Positions 22,698 to 36,404 of a DNA stretch of 64,000 bases are shown one piece after another. The DNA is from Mustelus asterias (lineage: Eukaryota). A model generated the notes under the pieces. The model was given only the letters and a program-made list of their open reading frames with translations, was not told where the DNA came from and ran no database searches. Position numbers and translations under genes: made by a program. The stretch spans positions 42,842,001 through 42,906,000 of the forward strand of contig NC_135802.1 in NCBI RefSeq assembly GCF_964213995.1. Direction: 5' to 3'. The first letter of the stretch is position 1, and every line of letters starts with the position of its first letter.

Positions 22698-23265
22698 AGG
22701 GCAATTTCAGCCCCCTGTTTTCAGCAGGCGGGAAAGCTGGAGGACAGGAACCCCATTTGCTTCATTTAAATACACTTAGCCGGCTTCCCCGCTACATGTA
22801 GGGGATTTCCCCCTGCCAGCGTGACATCACGTCGGGTGGATTTAGAACAGGTCTTCATAAAAACAGGGACCTGGTGAACTGATCCCACTGGGGTCGCAGA
22901 GGTAAGTACAGCCCCAAGGTGGGGGAGGGCCATGCCTCGGCATTGCCCCGGCACTGTCCCCTGGCACTGCCTTGGGGTGGGGGCCTTGTGTTGGGGAGGT
23001 TCAGGTTTCCCTGGAGAAGATGAGGTGTTCCTTGTCCATCAGAACATTCCTCTTTTAATAAAGATCTGTCAAGAGCCGAGGTTGCTGACAGGATGGGTCC
23101 ATTCAGAGCCCGCCCTGCCAGCATGACCTCATGAGACCCAGCTCTTAACATTTTATCTAAGTGTTTAAAAATGTGAAAGGAAAAGCCAGTAAGGCAGCGA
23201 GTGGAATGCCCTCCACTTTTCCCAACAGAGACAACACTTAGGAAAAAAATTGAAAAATGGTGTCT
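22698..23265. mobile_element. Decayed non-autonomous DNA transposon (Harbinger-like MITE)
   Basis: GC-rich island starting gggcaatttc, similar in style to the other MITEs here; right terminus degraded. Confidence 0.35.
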
Positions 23266-24513
23266 GTATATTTACATCATTTTGAATGACACTGATCTAA
23301 TAATTCTATGTGCAATTATAGCTTTTTCGGAAAATTAGAATAATTTTTTAAAATTCTGGTAAAATATAGTCACGACAATATTTTTGCTTAAAAATGTTGG
23401 TGCTCAAATGTTATGTAGATGGTCAAAATTTACAATCTAGATGAAGACAACATTTAGTTAAAATCATGCATATACAAAGCCAGCCAATCCTTGATTTCTT
23501 TCATGTGCAGCCTGTCCTTTGTCTAATTATTCTAGTTACTGTAGGTCGACTAAAATTGTTGCCTTCATCCAATTAGGAGACAATCAAATACATGAAACTT
23601 GACTCTGAAACAGAATGTCACCCACAAAAGCCAGTATCCCTAGCAACAAGGCTTAGCAGCAATTATTCCCTCATGGGAGGATTATTCTTTCAATAATCAA
23701 CCGGCATTTCAATATTTAATAGAAGGTAAAAGCTATCTTGCGATGTGTCACGAGAAGTAATTCAATCATTTAACATCATCCTCATATCTTTGTTTCTCTA
23801 AAATAAAGAAATTGAGTAAAGGCAGACTGGAGTTCTCTCAAGAAATGTACACTGACATTAATATGTCTATGCAGGATTTTTAACATTTCCACAAAGCTAT
23901 TACTGTACATAAAGCAATCCCCAGTCATGTCTCTAGTTACGTGGTTGTCACTACTTTTGGGGACCAGCCTTTCAGGACTGACTTAATACTTCTTTCCAAA
24001 GGATTTGATGACAGAATAATAATCAACCCATTCAAAAATAACTTGTCTATGAAGCACTTTTGCGATGTTACACCACAATGAGATGTTGCATGAACATGAG
24101 CATTGCTATCTGTTATTAGATAGTTGGAGTATGTAGTATTAGAACACAGAAAGCAGGTCATTCAGCCCAACTGGTGCCTTCTACTGTTTATGTCCCACAT
24201 GATCCTCCTCTGCCCATCTTCATCAACTCAATTAACACTTCTATTCCATGTCTTTATCTAGCTCCCCCTTAAAAACAAATGGATTGGATGCTGAACAAGT
24301 GGCATTCTTTGTCTTGGATAGCACCAAATACACAGGAAGCTCACTACCATCCACGACAAAGCAGCCCACTTCAACAGGACCACATCTACCACATTAAACA
24401 TTCACTCCCTCCACCATCACTGCACAGTGGCAGCAGTGAGTGCCATCTATAGGATGCACCACAGCAACTTGCCAAGGCTTCTTTGACAGCACTTTCCAAC
24501 CCTGAAAGCAGAT

Positions 24514-24858
24514 CATAGAAAGAAAGATCATAGAAACCCTACAGTGCAGAAGGAGGCCATTTGGCCCATCGAGTCTGCACCGACCACAATCCCACCCAGG
24601 CCCTACCCCCACATATTTACCTGCTAACCCTCTAACCTACACATCTCAGGACTCTAAGGGGCAATTTTTATCCTGGCCAATCAACCTAACCCACACATCT
24701 TTGGACTGTGGGAGGAAACCGGAGCACCCGGAGGAAACCCACGCAGACATGAGGAGAATGTGCAAACTCCACACAGACAGTGACCCGAGCCGGGAATCGA
24801 ACCCAGGACCCTGGAGCTGTGAAGCAGCAGTGCTAACCACTGTGCTACCGTGCCGCCC
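24514..24858 (-). mobile_element. Young HE1-like V-SINE inserted in the 3' end of a family-C-partner LINE (about 24281-24990)
   Basis: Near-identical to the copies at 37103 and 44690; flanked by cagat on both sides. Confidence 0.9.
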
Positions 24859-24993
24859 CAGATGCATGGGAACACTATACCACATGGCCTCCCGCAGAAG
24901 ATGGTACACCACTTTCTCAAGGGCAGTTAATGATATGCAATAAATGCTGGCTTTGTCAGTAATGTTCACATTCCAAGGATGAATAAAGATCAC

Positions 24994-25202
24994 AGCTAGA
25001 ATTCTCCGGCCATTCGTGCCGGCGGGGCTTTCAGGTTCCGCTGGCAGCGCACCCCTGCCCGCGGGTTTCCCGCCAGTGTGGGGTGACGTCAATGGAAATT
25101 CCCATTGACAGCAGCGAGACCAGAGAATCTCACTGTTAGCAAACAATGCACCACCTCCCGCCAGCGGGGAACACATGGCCGGGAAGCCGGTGAATCTTGC
25201 CC
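24994..25202. mobile_element. About 210-bp palindromic MITE (PIF/Harbinger-like)
   Basis: Imperfect TIRs agctagaattctcc / ggtgaatcttgccc; flanks cac/aac. Confidence 0.6.
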
Positions 25203-25296
25203 AACACCTATGTTAGTCAATGACAATAAATCCAAGAGATAGCGAGTTTCACATCATCACCATTCAAAGTAAGATTCTCCTGGATTCTCTATTGGC

Positions 25297-25540
25297 AGGG
25301 ACCCAGGTTCAATTCTGGACTTGGGTGACTGTCTGTGTGGAGCTTGCATGTTCTCCCATGTCTGTGTGGGTTTCCTACCACACTCCAAATATGTGCAGTT
25401 AAGTTGATTGGCTAAAATGTACCTTATTGTCAGGGGGATTTGCAGGGTAAATACATGGGGTTGCAGGGATAGGGCCTGGGTGGGATTGTTGTCAGTGCAG
25501 GTTTGATGGGCTGAATGGCCTCCTTCTGCACTGTCTATGA
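25297..25540 (+). mobile_element. HE1-like V-SINE (diverged)
   Basis: V-domain core and gggcctgggtgggattg...ccttctgcactgt tail. Confidence 0.8.
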
Positions 25541-26314
25541 ATGACTATCATAAATTGATGGCCCTTAGCACTAGTTTTTCCTGAAAGTGGAAATACCTGA
25601 GTCCTCCCTCTTTAGAATCTTAAAGACCTCGATTAGGTCACCCTTCAGTCTTTTTACCAGAGAAATTATTCCTCGTTTTATATTTCCTCATATGTTTAAC
25701 CTCTCAGTTCTGTTATCGATCTAGTACATCTGTATTGCACCTTCTCTACTACCTCTATATCCATTTTATAACATGGAGGTTCCAACAGTGCACAATACTT
25801 TCAAGTGTGGTCTAAACAAGGTTTGAAGCAAGTTTATCAGAGCCTTTCTGCTTCTCAGTTTTATTCCTTGGGAAATGAACACTCATGTTGTTTGCTTCTT
25901 TTGGCCTATTTGATTTGTGTCACTGCTTTCAGTGATTTGTGTATTTGGACCCCACAAAATTCATTGTTTAGATATTTTTCTGCTACATCTGAGAGTTAGG
26001 ATCCAATCACGTTTCTTGCACGCAATACTAAGCTAAATGGTCTACTGCTCCATCCCATTTTTTAAATAAATGGATCACATTAGCTGTCAGCCAGTCATCT
26101 AGTGCTATTCCCTTTTCTAATGATTTTTACATATGTGTAATAATGCATCAGCCAGCTCTTCTTTAACTTCTTTTAATGCATGTGCACAGACCAGTTTATC
26201 CTAAGTTTGATTAATTTTTTACATATCACAATCCATTCCCTCTTAAATGTCTTTATATCCTTTTTGGATATTTTCTTTTAAAGTCATGTCAACCCGCCTA
26301 GTCTTCTTGGTAAA

Positions 26315-26612
26315 TCATAGAACCATAGACTTCCTACAATGCAGAAGAAGGCCGTTTGGCCCATCGAGTCTGCACCGACCACAATCCTACCCAGGCCCTA
26401 TCGCCATAACCCCACATATTTATCCTGCTAATCTCCCTGACACTAAGGGACAATTTACCATGGCCATGTCTGGAGTATGGGAAGAAACTGGGACACCCAG
26501 AGGAAACCCACGCAGACACGGGAAGAACGTGTCAACTCCACACAGTCAGTCGCCTAAGGCTGGAATTGAAGCTGGGTCCCTGGCGCTGAGGCAGCAGTGT
26601 GCCACTGTGCCA
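26315..26612 (-). mobile_element. HE1-like V-SINE
   Basis: Reverse copy of the HE1-like consensus. Confidence 0.8.
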
Positions 26613-26721
26613 CCCCTGCCAAGGCAAAGTAATTATTTAATATGTCAGCCATTTCTCTGTCATTACTTATGAATTTATCATGTGTATCCCTCAGCCCCAT
26701 CTAAATCCTATTTTTTCTTTT

Positions 26722-27322
26722 GTCCAAAGATGTGCCGGTTAGGTTGATTGGCCAAGTTAAAAATTGCCCCTTAGAATCCTAAAATGCGTAGGTTAGAGGG
26801 ATTAGCGGGTAAATATGTGCGGGTAGGGCCTGGGTGGGATTGTGGTCGGTGCAGACTCGATGGGCCAAATGGCCTCCTTCTGCACTGTAGGGTTTCTATG
26901 ATTTCTATTTGTGTGTCTGTCGAACATCTTACAGTTCGCTTTTATATTCCTTGATAATTTTATGATGCAGTTTATCTCTGCCATTCTAATTGTTGGGCGG
27001 CATGGTGCCAGTGGACGGCACAGTGGCACAGTGGTTAGCATTGCTGCCTCACAGCACCAGGGACCCGGGTTCGATTCCTGGCTTGGGTCACTGTCTGTGT
27101 GGAGTTTGCATGTTCTCCCCGTGTCTGCGTGGGTTTCCTCCGGGTGCTCCGGTTTCCTCCACACTCCACAAACGTGCTGGTTAGGTGGATTGGCATTGCT
27201 AAATTCTCCCACTGTGTGCCCAAACAAGCGCCGGAGTGTGGTGACTAGGGGATTTTCACAGTACCTTCATTACAGTGCTAATATAAGCCTACTTGTGACT
27301 AATATATAAACTTTAAACTTTG
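26722..27322 (+). mobile_element. Two V-SINEs: 3' half of a type A copy (26722-26908) and a full type B copy (27013-27322)
   Basis: Consensus cores with tails ...ttctatgatttcta and ...cttgtgactaatatataaactttaaacttt respectively. Confidence 0.8.
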
Positions 27323-28613
27323 TTTTTTTTATTTCTTTCTTCATCTTTTCATTGTGCCTTTAGTGGTCCTCTCCTTTGTTGTCGATGTATAATTATTTTT
27401 CTTTAGTATCAGTTTAGCCCTTTCTCTTTATTCATCCACGGTGTATAGGTTCTGATCAGTTTGTTCTTGTTTTTTGGTGGAGTTCTCCTGGATTCTATTA
27501 AGCAGTATTTTAAATGTTTCCCACATCAGTTCTATTTCTTTCTTTATCATAAATTTACCCAGGTTACTTTCCCTAGCTCCATTCTCATCACCTTCAAATA
27601 AGCTTTTATTTCCCAATTTATTAAACATAAGAACATAAGAACTAGGAGCAGGAGTAGGCTATCTGGCCCCTTGAGCCTGCTCCGTCATTCAATAAGATCA
27701 TGGCTGATCTTTTTGTGGACTCAGCTCCACTTACCCACCCGCTCACCATAACCCTTAATTCCTTTATCGTTCAAAACTTTATCTATCCTTGCCTTAAAAA
27801 TTACTTAGGTGTTTGTCTTACTTATGTTTGTCTCAATCATTTTCTTAAACCTCATTCTGTTGCGATTGATAGATTATCTACAGACAATATGTACTGGCTT
27901 TTTATATAAAATCTACTTAGACAGTTACCATAAATGCACGAGAGGGATTGACGATCTTAAGGTATAAGATCTTAAGGCTGACAAATACTAGCCCAGTAAC
28001 AATTATACTCAGTAACATATATGAATGAACAGAGGTCCACTCCCAGCTATTTTTAACTGTTTTGAGAGCTTGCACATTACTAGCACTCAGAACATTTAAC
28101 ACAGACTGTATATGCGTATGAAATTACTAGGAGCTCCATTGTGTTGTTGCAAAATGAAAATCACTCCACAGTGACGCAGAAGTAGCAGTATTATTGATTC
28201 TTTCATCTGTCTGAGTCATGAAAATAAAGAGTGTCAAAATTGGCTTGTGACAGTCATCTTCTTTTCAATCAAACAAATCTCACAAGTAGCTGTTCTCTGA
28301 TTTTGCCATTTATCCAACAGGGGTAAGGGCATTTATGTATTTTTATTTCCCTATAGAACAATGAGCCAAGCAATAGGTAACAATGAAGGGAGGGTGGGTG
28401 GAGATTGTTGCAGATGTTTATTGGACATGATGAGATGGGCAAGACAGATGGAAATTGATGCATAGAAATTTGAGTACTTTAAAAGGAAGAATTAGTTGTG
28501 ATATAAATTCAATGGTACAATGTGGATATAGAGAGACATACAGAAATCTTTGAAGGTGGCAGGCTAAGTTGATAAGGTTGCTAAAATAGCACGTGGGATT
28601 CTTCCAATGAGAA

Positions 28614-29010
28614 AGGGGAGGTGATGGCCTAGTAAGGGGAGATGATGGCCTAGTGGTATTATCGCTAGACTATCAATCCAGACTATTAATCCAGAAACTC
28701 AGCTAATGATCTGGGGACCCGGGTTCAAATCTCACCACAGTAGATGGTAGAATCTGAATTCAATAAAAAGAATCTGGAATTAAAAATCTACTGATGACCA
28801 TGAAACCATTGTCAACTGTTGGAAAAACCCATCTGGTTCGCTAATGTCCTTTAGGGAAGGAAACCTGCTATCCTTACCTGGTCTGGCGTACATGTGACTT
28901 CAGAGCCACAGCAATGTGGTTGACATTCAACTGCCCTTGGGCAACTCAGGATGAGCAATAACTGCTGGCCAGCCAACGATGCCCATGTCCCACAAATGAA
29001 TAAAAAAAGA
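28614..29010 (+). mobile_element. Full-length tRNA-head SINE (family C)
   Basis: A box tggcctagtgg, B box ggttcaaatc, body ggttcgctaatgtcctttagggaagg, tail gggcaactcaggatgagcaataa...gaataaaaaaa; short 5' duplication. Confidence 0.85.
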
Positions 29011-29382
29011 AATAGAAGCATAGAGTAAGGCAAGGAGGTTATGCTAACCCTTTATAAGTATTGTATCTGACTCTAGGATGTTAATGCCTTGGACAGGGCA
29101 TGGAGGAGATTTACTGGAATTATACCAAGGATGAGGAAGTTCAGTTACGCTGAGAGACTAAATAAACTAGGATTGCTCTTAAACCTTTTTGCTCCAAGAG
29201 TAGATTTGGTAGAGGGGTTCAAAATTGTGTGATGTTTTGATAGATTAGATGGGAAACAGTTACCATAAGCAACTGACATAGAAATCAGAGACCACAGGTA
29301 GAAGACAATTAGCAAAAGAGCAAAGGAGAGATGAGAAGGTTTGTTATGCAGCGTAGGGTGGAAAGAGATTCAACAGTGATTT

Positions 29383-29716
29383 TTTTTTATTCATTCGTGG
29401 GACATGGGCGTCATTGGCTGGCCAGTATTTATTGCCCATCCTTAGTTGCCTGAGTGCTGTTGAGAGTCAACCACATTGCTGTGGCTCTGGAGTCACATGT
29501 GGACCAGACAAGGTAAGGATGGCAGACTTCCTTCCCTAAACGGCATTAGTGAACTAGATGGATCTTTCTGACAATCGACAATGGTTTCAGTGACCAATAA
29601 ATTCTTAATTCTGGGTTTTTTTATTGAATTCAAATTCTACCACCTGCCGTGGCGGGATTCGAAGCCGGGTCGCCAGAACATTAGCTGTGTTTCTGGGTTA
29701 ATAGTTTAGCGATAAT
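29383..29716 (-). mobile_element. tRNA-head SINE (family C)
   Basis: Reverse complement of the 28614-29010 family. Confidence 0.85.
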
Positions 29717-30866
29717 CCCACAATGTACAAGAAATGCAAAAATTTGCATGGCTATCAAGAAATAGGAGGTGATCAAGACTGACGAGACAGCTCTTTCAAA
29801 GTGCTGTCACAGATACAATGGGCCAAACAGCCTCAGTCTGTGCTGTCAGGTTCCGAACTCGGCTCATATCCAGGAGGTTTCACAACACAAGTTTCAAGCA
29901 CCTCATCCTCACTGTCCTATCAGTGGTCACCCAATACTGTCATCCTCAGGGTGCACCTCATTCCGACAGCTATTGGAAAGCAGTTACTTTTATGTCTTAT
30001 TGATTCTTGACTGTCAGTCAAATAACGCCTTTCCCCTAATGTGGACTTCCTCTGGATGCTCCGGTTTCCTCCCACAGTCCGAAAATGTACAGGTTACATG
30101 AATTGGCCGTGCTAAATTCTCCCTCAGTGTACCCAAGCAGGTGCTGGAGTGTGGTGACTAGGGGATTTTCACCGTAACTTCATTGCAGTGTTAATGTAAG
30201 CCTACTTGTGACTCATAAATAAACTTTACTTTAAGTTGTCTTCACCTCACTATAGCTGCTGGGTTGTGTGAAGCTGGGGAACCCCAGCTGGCCGCAGTTA
30301 ACCAACAACAACTTATTTTCATATAACACCTCTAATGCAATAAAACATCCTAAGACACACCAAATAAAATTATCAAAACAGAATATGACACTGAGCCACA
30401 TATGGAGGGCTAATGTAGATGAGCAAAAATGTTATCAAAGAGGTAGTTCTTAAAACAGGAAAGTGAGACACAGAGATGGAAAGGTGTAGGGAGGAAATTC
30501 TTAAACTTAGGGCCTAGGCAACTGATAACACTCCAATGTTGGAGCTTTTAAAATACAAAGCTCCGAATCTTAAACATTTTAAAAACCTCCTGGGAGGAGG
30601 TTAGCTTCCCATCCCTTGTCCTGCTTGTGTAAAATCCAAAGATTGGCAAGTTGGAACCATCTACCCCTCACACTTTGATTTGTTACCGATTTAAACTCCC
30701 GACCGATACCCAGACCCAACTTTTTAACCATTAAACCATCCCCCTATGATTCTACAACTGAAAATGGTTTTATCGTGTCTCTTTTGGAGGGCTACATAGT
30801 AGAAATCGGGGTGCAAATAAAGCAGAATAATTAAACCTTTTGATGGGTCAGACTCTTAAAAATATA

Positions 30867-30996
30867 GGCCGGAATTTTCTGACCTCGCCCACAGCTGGGA
30901 TTCTCCGGTGCCGCAGCTGTGAACGGAGGTTTGGCTGAGTGCCAAATTCCACGTTCTCGCTGGCAATGGTAGCAGGGAGACTGGAGAATTCTGGCC
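30867..30996. mobile_element. 130-bp MITE (PIF/Harbinger-like)
   Basis: TIRs ggccggaattttc / gagaattctggcc; 3-bp TSD ATA on both sides. Confidence 0.75.
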
Positions 30997-31139
30997 ATAT
31001 ACTCACCCGCTGTGACTGCAATATAAAAACAACTAAAGTAAAATGTATTGCAGTGGCTATCGGTGCCGTGACATGGTGGTTGTAACCCACGTAACATATT
31101 GCTCTGGTAGCAATAGTGCACAGGCTGGGACATAACTAT

Positions 31140-31962
31140 CAGCACATGTTAGTTGACTATGAAAGAGTTATTGGGTGATGCTTGTTGATCATACCCATAG
31201 TTAGTTAGCGAGCAATATAGGTTAGCAGGCAGCAGTTCATTATCAGGCGATAGTGGTTTACCAAGCAGCGGGTAGTTTCTGAACAATAGTTGGTTAAGGG
31301 GCAGCAGCTGGTCACTAACAAATAGTTACTTACCAAGCAGTGATTAGTTACTGAGATTAATTATTTACCTGGCAGTAGTTAGTTAGTTTCCTGGCAGCAG
31401 TTGGTACTAAACAATAGATAGTTACCTGATAGTGGATGATACTCAGCAGTGGTTGATTTGGTTAGTTATGGCTATGGTTAGTTGCTAACTGGTAGTTAGT
31501 TACTGGGCAGTAATTGGTCACCGAACAGTAGTTAATTACCAGGTGTGATTAGTTACAATAACAGTTATTGGTTATTGCAGTTAGTTACTGTGTGGTTGTT
31601 AGTTACTTTGCAGTGGTTTATTACTGAGCGGTAACAGTTAACAGGCAATGGTTAGTTACTGTGTGGTTGTTAGTTACTGAATAGTAAACAGTTACCAGGC
31701 AGTGGTTAGTTGCCGGCAATGGGTTAGTTACTGAATGGTAAAATGTTATCAGGTAATGGTTAGTTCAGTTACCGGACAGTGGTTAGTTACTGAATGGTTG
31801 TTAATTACCCTTGCAGTGGATAGTTGCTGAGTAAACTATTGCCTGAGTTAGCAGGCAATGCTTCGTTCCTGAGCTGTTGTTAGTTACCGGACAGTTGTTA
31901 CTTACTAAATGGTAAACAGTCGCTGGATACTGGTTAGTTGCTGAGTGATTTAGTTCCTGGGC
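31140..31962. repeat. Degenerate tandem array built on GGTTAGTTAC(T/C)-like units
   Basis: About 17 exact GTTAGT hexamers (hand count) plus many variants in about 820 bp. Confidence 0.85.
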
Positions 31963-31984
31963 AGTGAGTCTCTGGCTGCTCCTG

Positions 31985-32175
31985 GGGTGAAGCAATGATC
32001 CGGGCCGGAGCGGGGCGCGGGAGGCCGGGGTTGCAGCGGCCCGATCTCCCCGGGTGCGGGCTGAGCTTTACCCGGAGGAGGTTGCGGATCTCCGCCGGAG
32101 TCTGGGGTTAATGGACGGCCTCAGAAGCTGCAGCTGAATGGGAACTGAAATGAGGCGGCAGCCGCCTCCCGCTGT
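31985..32175 (-). promoter_or_regulatory. Small CpG/GC-rich island; probable THNSL1 promoter and non-coding exon 1 (donor at 32072|32071)
   Basis: The only CpG-dense, non-transposon segment in the window (e.g. CCGGGCCGGAGCGGGGCGCGGGAGGCCGGGG). Minus-strand donor CCGG|GTAAAG. It lies upstream of the CDS in the correct orientation. Confidence 0.55.
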
Positions 32176-32384
32176 GTGTGAATAGATTTCTAATTCATTC
32201 TGCTCTCAATCCAAACAGAAATATCCCAGTCCCTCTCCTAACAGTACATATATATATATATATAGTCAGTAAATAAAACAACATGTAATGGTGTGCAATA
32301 GTTTTCAAATCCCTATTTCCCATTGCAATAACTCCTAGATATCTGTGCTGCTCTAATCCTGGTCTCTGCAGAATCCACAATTGG

Positions 32385-32630
32385 ATTTAAAGTTTATTTA
32401 TTAGTCACAAGTAGGCTTACATTAACACTGCAATGAAGTTACTGTGAGAATCCCCTAGTTGCCACACTCTGGCATCTGTTCGGGTACACAGAGAGAATTT
32501 AGCATAGGCAATGCACCTAACCTTCACGTTTTTCGGACTGTGGGAGAAAACTGGAGCACCTAGACGAAACCCACGCAGACACGGGGAGAACGTGCAGACT
32601 CCGCACAGTGACCCAAGCCGGGAATCAAAT
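32385..32630 (-). mobile_element. V-SINE with type B tail
   Basis: Same as 7366-7655. Confidence 0.8.
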
Positions 32631-32796
32631 CCATACCTGAACGAAAAAACATAAGAAATAGGAGATGGAGGCTATGGAGGTCCATCGAGCCTTGTCAACC
32701 ATTCAATATATTCAGTGCTAATTTGTTTGTGTCCTTCATTCCACTTTCCTGCTTGTCCCCCATAACCCTCCACTCCCTTGTCAAATACACATCTGT

Positions 32797-32940
32797 CTGA
32801 CAGAAAATGCTGGAAAATCTCAGCAGGTCTGACAGCATCCAAGTAGAGAGAGAATAGAGCCAACGTTTCGAGTCAGGATGATCCTCTGTCAGTATTTTCT
32901 GTTTTTGTTTCAGGTTCCAGCATCTACAGTATTGTGCCTT
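32797..32940. mobile_element. Penelope family-B pseudo-LTR fragment with a degenerate hammerhead-like motif
   Basis: atgctggaaaatctcagcaggtctgacagcatc block; minus strand CTGACAGAGGATCATCCTGACTCGAAACGTTGG at about 32860-32892. Confidence 0.6.
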
Positions 32941-33831
32941 AAAACAAATCTGTCTAACTCAGCCTTGAATATATGACCCAGTCTCCACTGCTGTCTGAGG
33001 AGATCCAAAACACTAATGACCCTCTCTGGACTGCATCCAGTTCATGTATTTCCCTACTTAACAAAAGGGGCCAAAACTGTATACAGTGCCCAAGGTAAAA
33101 ATCTCATCAACACCCTGTACTATTGTAGTAAGCCTTCCTTATTTTTATGCTCCAGCCCCTAAAAGGCCAGCCATTCCATTTGCTTCCCTAATCACTTGCT
33201 GTAACTGCATGCTAAATTAGTGATTAATGTACAAAGACTCGTAGATCTCTCTACTGCTGCATTCTGCAGATTCTCATCCCATTTAAATATTCTGCTTTTC
33301 TATTCATCCTGCTTTTTCCCACATTTTAGTATCTGCCAACTTTTTGCCTATTCACTTAACCTACTCTCTGCATCCTCCTCACATCTTTGTATCAGCACCA
33401 CATTTGGCTATAATACTCAGTTCCTTCATCCAAATCAGTATCATAGTTCTTAAATAGTCAAAGCCCCAGCACAGATTCCTGCAGGACTCCACTAGTTACA
33501 GTTTGCCAACCTAAAAATGACTTATTTATATCCAGACTCGGTTTCCTGTTAGATAGCCAATCCTCTATTGATGCTAATGTATCCCCCACAAAATCAAGAG
33601 TTCTTATCTGAAGCAGTAACCTTTATGTGGCACCTGTCAAATGCATTTTGGAAATCCAAATACTGGTTACCCTTTATTCACCTGCTTGTTACATCCTCAA
33701 AAGATCTCTAATAAATTCGTCAAACACAATTTTCCTTTCACAAAACCATAGTTGACTCTGCTGGATTAAAAAAATTATATTGCAATGTCCTGGTGCTACT
33801 TCCTCAAAAATGGATTCTAGCACTTTCCCAA

Positions 33832-34188
33832 TTTCTTTCATTCATTTGTGAGACATGGGTGTCGCTGGCTGGCCAGCATTTATTGCCCATCCCTAGTTGC
33901 CTGAGAGCAGTTGAGAATCATTGCAGTGGCTCTGGAGTCACATGTAGGCCAAATCAGGTAAGGATGGCAGATTTCCTTCCCAAGGGACATTAGTGAACCA
34001 GGTGGGTTTTTCCTGACAATCGCCAATGGTTTCATGGTCATCCATAGATTCTTAATTCCAGATATTGTTTATTGAATTCAAATTCCACCATCTGCAGTGG
34101 TGGGATTCGAACCCGGCTCCCCCAGAACATTAGCTGAGTTTCTGGTTTAATAGTCTAGTGATAATACCACGAGACCATCAGCTCCCCC
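33832..34188 (-). mobile_element. tRNA-head SINE (family C)
   Basis: Reverse complement of the 28614-29010 family. Confidence 0.85.
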
Positions 34189-35545
34189 TATTCTCAATGA
34201 CAGATATTAGATTAACTAGCTTATAGCTTCCTACTTTCTGTTTCCTTCTTTTTCAGAATAGTGGTGTCATATTTGCAGTTTCCCAATCTACTGGGAGTTT
34301 CCAAGATTCTAAGGAATTTTGGAATATTACAACCAATGTATCCACCATCTCAGTAGCTACTTCCTTGAACAACTCAGAATGCCAGCCTTTAGTCTCATTA
34401 GTTTTCCTTGCACATGTTTGTCTAGGGATAATGAATATTTCAATTTCTTCCCTCTTTTTTGTCACTTGTTTTTCCACTATTCTTGGAATGCTTATTGTAT
34501 TCTACTGTGAAGATATATACAAAATATTTGTTCAAAATCTCTGCCATTTCTTGTTTCCCATTATTTATTTGCCAGTCTCTCCCTCCAAAGGATCAATACT
34601 TAACTTAATATACTTGTAGAAGCTTTTACATCTCTTGTTAGTTTTCATTCTCCAATTTCTCCTTCAACTATTTTAAAAGTCATCCATGGTGGGTTTCTAA
34701 TTTTTTCTCAATCTTCTGGGATTCAACAATCTTTTGCAACATTGTATATCCTTTCTTTCAGCTTGATATCCTTAACCTTCTTAGCCATGGATGATGCATT
34801 CCTCTCCTCACATCGCCTTTCTCAACGGAATATTGAGTTATGAAATATCTATTAAAAATGTCTGTCACTGCTTCTCCATAATCTTCTCATTTAACCTATT
34901 TTCCCCATTACACTTTAACCAACTCTGTTTTCATACCCTTGTAACTGGCTTAAGTTTAAGGCACTAGTTTCAGACCCAAATTTCTCACTCTTAAACTGAA
35001 TATGACATTCTTAATGTTATGATCACTATTACCTAGTGGATTCTTTACTCTGAGGTTGTTAATTAATTCCATCAAATTACCAGGCCTACAATAGCTTGTT
35101 TCATGGTTGGTTTCAGCATAAATGTTCAAATAAATTGACCCGAATACACTATGAAGCCATCCTCCAGGCTACTTTTGCCAGTTTGATTCATCCAACCTAT
35201 AAGAAGATCAAAATTTCCCACAGTTATTGTAGTACCTTTCTTACAAGCCTCCATTATTTCTGGATTTATACTCTTTCCATCAATGTTGCTCCTATCGGGA
35301 CCTATAAATGACTCCCACCAGTGACTTCTTTTCTTTGCTATTTCCTATTACCACCCAAACTGATTCCACATTTTTATTCTCCCAACCAAAAGATTTTCTC
35401 ACCACTGCACTGATCTTCTCCTTTTATTAACAGAGCCACCCCAATCTCCTTTCCCTCCTATCCTTCCAAAATACCCTTGAATATTGAGGTTCCAGTTGTG
35501 GTCACTTTGCAGCCATGTCTCGGTAATGGTTATCAAATCATAAAA

Positions 35546-35860
35546 GAATCATTGAATCCCTACAGTGCAGAAGGAGGTCATTTGGCCCATCGAGCCTGCA
35601 CCAATAACCATCCCACCCAGGCCCTATCCCCATAACCCCACGTATTTACCCTGCTTATCCTGACACTGAGGGTCAATTTACCATGGCCAATCAATCTAAC
35701 CTGCACATCTTTAAACTGTGGGTAGAAACCTGAGCACCCGGAGCAACCCCACGCAGACATGGGGAAAATGTGCAAACTCCATTCAGTCACCCAAGGCCAG
35801 AATTGAACCCGGGTCCCTGGTGCTGAGAGGCAGCAGTGCTAACTATTGTGTCACCATACC
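35546..35860 (-). mobile_element. HE1-like V-SINE
   Basis: Reverse consensus copy. Confidence 0.85.
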
Positions 35861-36404
35861 ACCCATACATATACTTATTTATATTTGTGCTATCAATTCA
35901 TCCAACTTGCATTCAGATAAAGAATCTGTCTTTTGAACCAATGTTCTCTATTTCCACGTTATTTATTGGTATACTATTTCCTTGATACTCTGGATATCAT
36001 TACCCATTTCAAAACTCTACACTACTGCATTGTCTTTTCTCTTCAGCTTTCCAAAACCCTCCTTATGTAAATCTTCCCCCACTATTTATTTTAAACCTTT
36101 TCCACAGCTCTAGCTAGATGATTCACCAGTATACCAATCACAGCATAGTTCAGATGAAGACCACCCCAACAGTATAGCTCCTTTTCTCCATCAGAAGGTG
36201 CCAGAACCCTCATGTGCCAAAATCCTTTTCTCCCACACAATCTTTGAGCCACACTTCAACTCTCTGACCATATTTAGAGTTGTGCCAATTTATTTGTGAG
36301 TAAAGTGGTAATCTAGAGATTATTACCTTTGTGGTTCTTCTTTGTAAATCTAGTCCCCAGCTGCTCATAATCCCTCAGCAGAACTGGTTTCTTCGTCCTA
36401 CCTA

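Noticed and set aside
24646-25176. Recurrent ORFs containing GSLSVWSLH...SAWVSSGCSGFLPQSKD (also about 26.9, 37.1, 43.2, 44.6, 49.4, 52.4 and 63.3 kb)
   Set aside because: These are translations of HE1-like SINE copies, not a protein family.
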